Shown piece after piece: positions 48,534 to 52,322 of a DNA stretch of 52,322 nt. The stretch is taken from IMG/VR virus record IMGVR_UViG_3300011113_000545, positions 1 to 52,322 of that record, one strand, 5' to 3'. Every line of letters starts with the position of its first letter. Within the stretch, counting starts at the first letter, position 1. The notes beneath the pieces were generated by a model. The model did not search any database, was not told the DNA's origin, and saw only the letters and a list, made by a program, of their open reading frames with translations. The stretch is from a virus (Duplodnaviria > Caudoviricetes). A program made the translations under genes and the position numbers.

Positions 48534-48594
48534 TAGGATGCGGACAGCAATTTAAAAACTCAAACTCATAATTTGACTAAAAATGCATCCTGTT
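48534..48594 (+). ncRNA. CAGCAA-stem RNA, copy 2 (cargo: CAT anticodon stem-loop)
   Basis: TAGGATGC-GGA-CAGCAA...TCAAA-CTCATAA-TTTGA...GCATCCTGTT. Confidence 0.65.
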
Positions 48595-48622
48595 GTATAA
48601 TATACACTTTAATGGACAAAGC

Positions 48623-48838
48623 ATGATTCCTCTTATAGCTAAAAAAGAAATAGCACAAGAAAGATATAATATTTGTAAAGCCTGTGAAAGTTTTACTGCG
48701 GCAAAAATATGCAAAGAATGTAATTGTTTTATGCCAGTTAAAGTTAAAATAGCTCATGCCTGGTGTCCCAAAACTAAATGGCTTAGTAAAATGGACCCTA
48801 GGGAACATCAAGCAGATGCGTATGAAAATTTAGAATAA
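48623..48838 (+). CDS. small Cys-rich protein
   Basis: R..IC..C..F...C..C.CFM..K......CP..KW; downstream of TTGACT-17-TATAAT (48573-48601). Confidence 0.65.
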   Translation: MIPLIAKKEIAQERYNICKACESFTAAKICKECNCFMPVKVKIAHAWCPKTKWLSKMDPREHQADAYENLE

Positions 48839-48860
48839 AGTTATATAAGACTATTTAGGT

Positions 48861-48931
48861 GTGACTATGTTGTAATGGTAGCAACCTAGACTGTGACTCT
48901 GGTAGTACGGGTTCGAATCCCGTTAGTCACC
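48861..48931 (+). tRNA. tRNA-His(GTG), no encoded CCA
   Basis: CTAGA-CTGTGAC-TCTGG, C73 discriminator. Confidence 0.85.
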
Positions 48932-48945
48932 CCTAAGTAGTTTAT

Positions 48946-49021
48946 GCCATAGTAGCTCCAATGGTAGAGCAGCGGACTGAAAATTCGTGTGTTACTGGTT
49001 CGAGTCCAGTCTATGGCACCA
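48946..49021 (+). tRNA. tRNA-Phe(GAA)
   Basis: GCGGA-CTGAAAA-TTCGT, ACCA. Confidence 0.92.
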
Positions 49022-49050
49022 ATAAATATTTTATATTGGAGGATCAAAAA

Positions 49051-49230
49051 ATGCAACCAAAACCCATTACATTTAAAAACTCTTTCAATGGCGAACAATG
49101 GATCTGTGAAGATACTAAAAAAATCAAATTGATCGATGGGGTTAGTTATCTAACGGTACACAAGCCTGGAAGTTATCGCATGGTTTTGATGCGTAAAGAC
49201 AGTCTAGTCCCATTAAAAACTAAACAGTGA
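49051..49230 (+). CDS. hypothetical protein
   Basis: SD GGAGG, ATG at 49051, 59 aa. Confidence 0.6.
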   Translation: MQPKPITFKNSFNGEQWICEDTKKIKLIDGVSYLTVHKPGSYRMVLMRKDSLVPLKTKQ

Positions 49231-49306
49231 GCTGATGTGGCACAGTAGGTAGCGCATTTGCATGGTAAGCAAAAGGTCCCCAGTTCGATTCTGGGCATCA
49301 GCACCA
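49231..49306 (+). tRNA. tRNA-Thr(GGT)
   Basis: TTTGC-ATGGTAA-GCAAA, ACCA. Confidence 0.9.
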
Positions 49307-49308
49307 CA

Positions 49309-49383
49309 CTCGCTGTAGTTCAATGGATAGAACGGGGTCCTCCTAAGACTCAAATCCAGGTTCGATTCCTGGCAGTGAGGCCA
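49309..49383 (+). tRNA. tRNA-Arg(CCT)
   Basis: GGGTC-CTCCTAA-GACTC, GCCA. Confidence 0.9.
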
Positions 49384-49398
49384 TTATAAATATAACAT

Positions 49399-50214
49399 AT
49401 GATCACTTATTTAAGATTCGTCGACCCAGATCAAATAGCAGTGTCGCATGTTGCAATAAAAGTTAAACTATTAATTCTTATAAGTTTTATTACAACTGTA
49501 TGGTGGGTAATCACTAACAACGAAACTTGGTGGGTAAATTTTTTATATTTTTACGTTTCTTTGTTGGCTGGCAGAGTTTTTGTAGAGATAGGATTACATA
49601 GGTTTTTTAGTCACAAAAGCTTTAAAACTTCTGAATTTAAAAAAAATTTTTTGTTGATTGGCGGAACCTTAATAGGATTAGGTAGTTGTATATCTTATGT
49701 AGGAGTACACAGAACTCATCATAGGTACTCCGACACTCCCAAAGATCCTCATAGTCCTGCTAATATAGGAATAATTAAAACTTGGTTAACAATGTGGGAT
49801 AAAAACTGGGTAGTTGATTTTTCTTCAGTTAAAGATTTATTAAGAGACCCATTGCAAATGTTTTTGCACAGACACTATTTTAAAATTATAATATGTTGGA
49901 TACTACTACTAAGTTTGATTTCCCTTATTATAAGTTCGATAGTTCCGTTGTTACTCTTATTTGCACTACCGAATCTAATGACATTCATTACAGCGGGTTT
50001 TACTAATGCCATCGGGCATACAGTAGGTTACAGAAATTTTGACACAGATGACCGTAGTACAAATCAATATTTTACTAGATTTTTACTTTTAAGTGCAGGA
50101 CTACACAATAATCATCATGCATATCCCAATGCTTGGAATTTTAATGTTCGTAGCAAGTGGTTTGAGTTTGATACCGAGGGAACATTAATCAAACATTTTT
50201 TCATAAAATATTGA
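49399..50214 (+). CDS. membrane fatty acid desaturase (delta-9-like)
   Basis: His boxes HRFFSH, HRTHH, HNNHH; DPHSP; transmembrane segments. Confidence 0.9.
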   Translation: MITYLRFVDPDQIAVSHVAIKVKLLILISFITTVWWVITNNETWWVNFLYFYVSLLAGRVFVEIGLHRFFSHKSFKTSEFKKNFLLIGGTLIGLGSCISYVGVHRTHHRYSDTPKDPHSPANIGIIKTWLTMWDKNWVVDFSSVKDLLRDPLQMFLHRHYFKIIICWILLLSLISLIISSIVPLLLLFALPNLMTFITAGFTNAIGHTVGYRNFDTDDRSTNQYFTRFLLLSAGLHNNHHAYPNAWNFNVRSKWFEFDTEGTLIKHFFIKY

Positions 50215-50238
50215 AATAAAATTATTCAGAAATACTGC

Positions 50239-50745
50239 TCATTTATTAAGAAATTTCTCCATAGCCCAATATTCTGAGCCCAGCGGAGTCCAACGATTGG
50301 TCCAATCAATTTTACTATCATATCTGAATTGATCATCATTTACTTTATCAATCGGATCTTCAAGAGATATTAAGCTAGGATGACTAAACGTTAAAAAATT
50401 AATATAATTTTTTCTCGTCAATGACAGTAATCCGATGTTGCTGTGATGAACACATATGTCCCAAGCAGCACCCCCAATTAACCAATGCCCTGCAACAGAT
50501 GTGGAATCGAAATGTAATTCTAAATCCTCCCAACTTTTGCAGATTAGATGCTCGCCCGGCAATGCTTTTAAATTCTCTGCTAGGTTTTCAATAGATGACA
50601 CAATATACTGATATTCTATATTATTTAGAATAAATTGTTCTAACTGAGAATAAAACTGTGAATATTCTGGATGTTGATCTAACCACGGTTCCCCCCAACA
50701 ATCTATTAGAATTATACCCGTTACTTGAAATTTTTTCATTGACAA
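50239..50745 (-). CDS. hypothetical protein, isochorismatase-like fold possible
   Basis: GIILIDCW N-terminus and G.AW..CV motif. Confidence 0.5.
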   Translation of the reverse strand: MSMKKFQVTGIILIDCWGEPWLDQHPEYSQFYSQLEQFILNNIEYQYIVSSIENLAENLKALPGEHLICKSWEDLELHFDSTSVAGHWLIGGAAWDICVHHSNIGLLSLTRKNYINFLTFSHPSLISLEDPIDKVNDDQFRYDSKIDWTNRWTPLGSEYWAMEKFLNK

Positions 50746-50776
50746 TAAATTAAAAAAAACATATACTAATATTTAC

Positions 50777-50851
50777 CTGGCGTTAGTTCAATGGACAGAA
50801 CAGTAGCCTTCTAAGCTATAAATACAGGTTCGATTCCTGTACGCCGGACCA
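50777..50851 (+). tRNA. tRNA-Arg(TCT)
   Basis: GTAGC-CTTCTAA-GCTAT, ACCA; promoter TTGACA-17-TATACT at 50739-50767. Confidence 0.92.
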
Positions 50852-50855
50852 GTTT

Positions 50856-50972
50856 TAGGATACATACAGCAAAACTATCACAAACGATAGGTAGTTGGTT
50901 CGACTCCAACATTTGGCTTCAAGCCAGATTAGCTCATTTGGTAGAGCATTCGTCAAACGAAGGTATCCTGCT
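50856..50972 (+). ncRNA. CAGCAA-stem RNA, copy 3 (cargo: circularly permuted tRNA, YrlA-like order)
   Basis: TAGGATAC-ATA-CAGCAA; T arm GTTGG-TTCGACT-CCAAC, acceptor ATTTGGC-TTCAA-GCCAGAT, D arm GCTC-ATTTGGTA-GAGC; GTATCCTGCT. Confidence 0.75.
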
Positions 50973-50986
50973 ATTTTTTGACCATT

Positions 50987-51104
50987 TAGGTTCTTTTCAG
51001 CAATTTTATTAATCTTTCTGTAAAAAAGACGGTCCAGGTTCGAATCCTGGCAGCAGGTTGGTCACTGCTGTGGTGTAATGGTAGCACAAAAATGAGAACC
51101 TGTT
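50987..51104 (+). ncRNA. CAGCAA-stem RNA, copy 4 (cargo: permuted tRNA-Tyr-like)
   Basis: TAGGTTCT-TTT-CAGCAA; TCTTT-CTGTAAA-AAAGA, T arm CCAGG-TTCGAAT-CCTGG, CAGCAG/CTGCTG, D arm GTGT-AATGGTA-GCAC; AGAACCTGTT. Confidence 0.75.
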
Positions 51105-51107
51105 ATT

Positions 51108-51183
51108 GTCCGGTTAGTTCAGTGGTACGAACGCTACCTTGACACGGTAGAGGTCACTGGTTCGATCCCAGTATCGGACACCA
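51108..51183 (+). tRNA. tRNA-Val(GAC)
   Basis: CTACC-TTGACAC-GGTAG, ACCA. Confidence 0.92.
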
Positions 51184-51242
51184 AAATAAAAATAAATTTT
51201 ATTAAAGTATAAATACATATATGTATTCATCTGGAGATTATT

Positions 51243-51521
51243 ATGATTTTTACTAAAAAAGTTGCTGGCACAATGACAGAAGAAACAGGTCAGCAAGTGG
51301 CAGCAAATGTATCGTACATGCTCGCTTTTGACGAATTTATGGATCAATTAGTAAGTCAGGGTAAGACCGACGGTATGGTCAGTGTATTTCATAATGATGG
51401 GTTTGTAGTACGTGAACGAAGATTTACAGATCAATCTGCTGTAGACGAATATCTGACATATTGTAATACCAGACAACTAGAAGCCGGATACGATATTTCT
51501 TTGGTTCCGGGCGACATCTGA
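51243..51521 (+). CDS. hypothetical protein
   Basis: TATAAATA upstream, SD GGAG. Confidence 0.65.
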   Translation: MIFTKKVAGTMTEETGQQVAANVSYMLAFDEFMDQLVSQGKTDGMVSVFHNDGFVVRERRFTDQSAVDEYLTYCNTRQLEAGYDISLVPGDI

Positions 51522-51553
51522 TAATCAAACATGCATTTTAATAGATTATTTTG

Positions 51554-51582
51554 TTGACTTTAATCTATCTATTCTATATAAT
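51554..51582 (+). promoter_or_regulatory. sigma70-type promoter for the ncRNA/DUF2828 unit
   Basis: TTGACT-17-TATAAT. Confidence 0.7.
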
Positions 51583-51600
51583 AAGAACTTAATAAATTTT

Positions 51601-51715
51601 AAGGCTAGGTTCAGCAAGTAACCATTACATGGACAGGTGAACAGCGATAACTTCAAGTTTACCGGGGTGAGTTTCGATTTCTCACTGTAATCAAAAAGTA
51701 GACAACTAGCCTGTT
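51601..51715 (+). ncRNA. CAGCAA-stem RNA, copy 5 (cargo: degenerate tRNA-like, UCA loop)
   Basis: AGGCTAG-GTT-CAGCAA ... CTAGCCTGTT; internal ATTACA/TGTAAT and GTGAG-TTTCGATTT-CTCAC. Confidence 0.65.
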
Positions 51716-51722
51716 ATTTTTT

Positions 51723-51981
51723 TGGATGAGTTCAGCACTTTAAAACATACTCTGACGCAATTACCATTGACAGCGGTAGAAGTACACAGTAGAAATACTG
51801 TTCTGGGAAACTAGACGCCCAAGGAATGGATGACAGCATGGAAAGACATACTATGTTGCTGGTAGCAGACACAATTACCAGATAGTCAACATGAATTGTT
51901 GATAGGGTCACGGTAACTGAACCGATATACAGGGGATTAGGCGGACCAGAAAATAAACATACCAGTTTCGATCATCCAGCT
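51723..51981 (+). ncRNA. CAGCAA-stem RNA, copy 6 (cargo: ~230-nt multi-hairpin RNA)
   Basis: TGGATGA-GTT-CAGCA ... TCATCCAGCT; GAAA-capped hairpins inside. Confidence 0.55.
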
Positions 51982-52018
51982 ATTGACTTAATTAATTTTT
52001 CTAGTAAAATACATTTTT

Positions 52019-52083
52019 TAGGATACTACCAGCAATTTTTATACATTAGACTTCTAATCTAAACCGTAAAAATGTATCCTGTT
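52019..52083 (+). ncRNA. CAGCAA-stem RNA, copy 7 (cargo: TCT anticodon stem-loop)
   Basis: TAGGATAC-TAC-CAGCAA...TTAGA-CTTCTAA-TCTAA...GTATCCTGTT. Confidence 0.68.
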
Positions 52084-52110
52084 GCATAAAATCAAAGAAA
52101 GGAGAGTACT

Positions 52111-52322
52111 ATGCAATTCGTTGAAGCAATCAAAAACCAAGAAGCTCGTACTGCCAATGGCATGAAGGCTCGTAAGTCCAGTGCTAACGCATGTGTTGAC
52201 TTGTTTTATAATATTGGTGCAAGCCGAGGCAAGAACATTGTTCCTGCTTTCACAGCGGCTTACGTAGAAAATCCTGACTTGGCATTGCGTATCGCCCAAT
52301 GGGCACGTGATGTACGCGGTGG
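52111..52322 (+). CDS. DUF2828-family protein (3'-truncated by window edge)
   Basis: SD AAGGAG; MQFVEAIKNQEARTANGMKARKSSANACVDLFYNIGASRGKNIVPAFTAAYVENPDLALRIAQWARDVRG, with the T.NG...S...CVDLF and RD.RG motifs. Confidence 0.8.
   Translation, partial: MQFVEAIKNQEARTANGMKARKSSANACVDLFYNIGASRGKNIVPAFTAAYVENPDLALRIAQWARDVRG

Noticed and set aside
51640-51660. Opal suppressor tRNA or genome recoding
   Set aside because: The UCA-loop element lacks a proper D arm and CCA end; genes read intact in code 11 and use TGA and TAG as real stops.
38439-52083. CRISPR array or dispersed DNA repeat interpretation of the AGG..CAGCAA elements
   Set aside because: Copies are irregularly spaced, differ in sequence with compensatory pairing, and no cas genes are present in the window.
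52054-52299. 81-aa minus-strand ORF
   Set aside because: Antisense to the SD-led DUF2828 gene starting at 52111, which the ORF track missed because it runs off the window.

Overview
This is a 52 kb segment of a large, AT-rich, T4-superfamily-like myovirus genome using the standard genetic code. From left to right it holds a GDP-fucose/glycosyltransferase and 2OG-Fe(II) oxygenase cluster, neck, tail and head-completion genes, putative internal head proteins, the large terminase, and gp32/UvsX/UvsY. A ~16 kb RNA-rich region follows (36.1-52.1 kb), with 33 tRNA genes covering all 20 amino acids, interspersed accessory genes, and many non-tRNA structured RNAs. Five observations stand out. (1) Seven or eight ncRNAs share a closing stem AGG..N..CAGCAA/..CCTG(T/C)T and carry different tRNA-mimic cargo (circularly permuted tRNAs, bare anticodon stem-loops); they lie upstream of a DUF2828 gene and may form a Ro60/Y-RNA-like system. 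(2) A leader-peptide attenuator encodes a 46-aa peptide with all 20 amino acids and 36 different codons. (3) A small basic, possibly ArfA-like ORF has its stop codon inside a tRNA. (4) A tRNA-Glu-like gene is split by an endonuclease gene that carries a replacement tRNA-Glu. (5) Long ~18-bp stems bracket small structured RNAs. Protein names come from recognised motifs and RNA folds were paired by eye; no database searches or folding programs were run.
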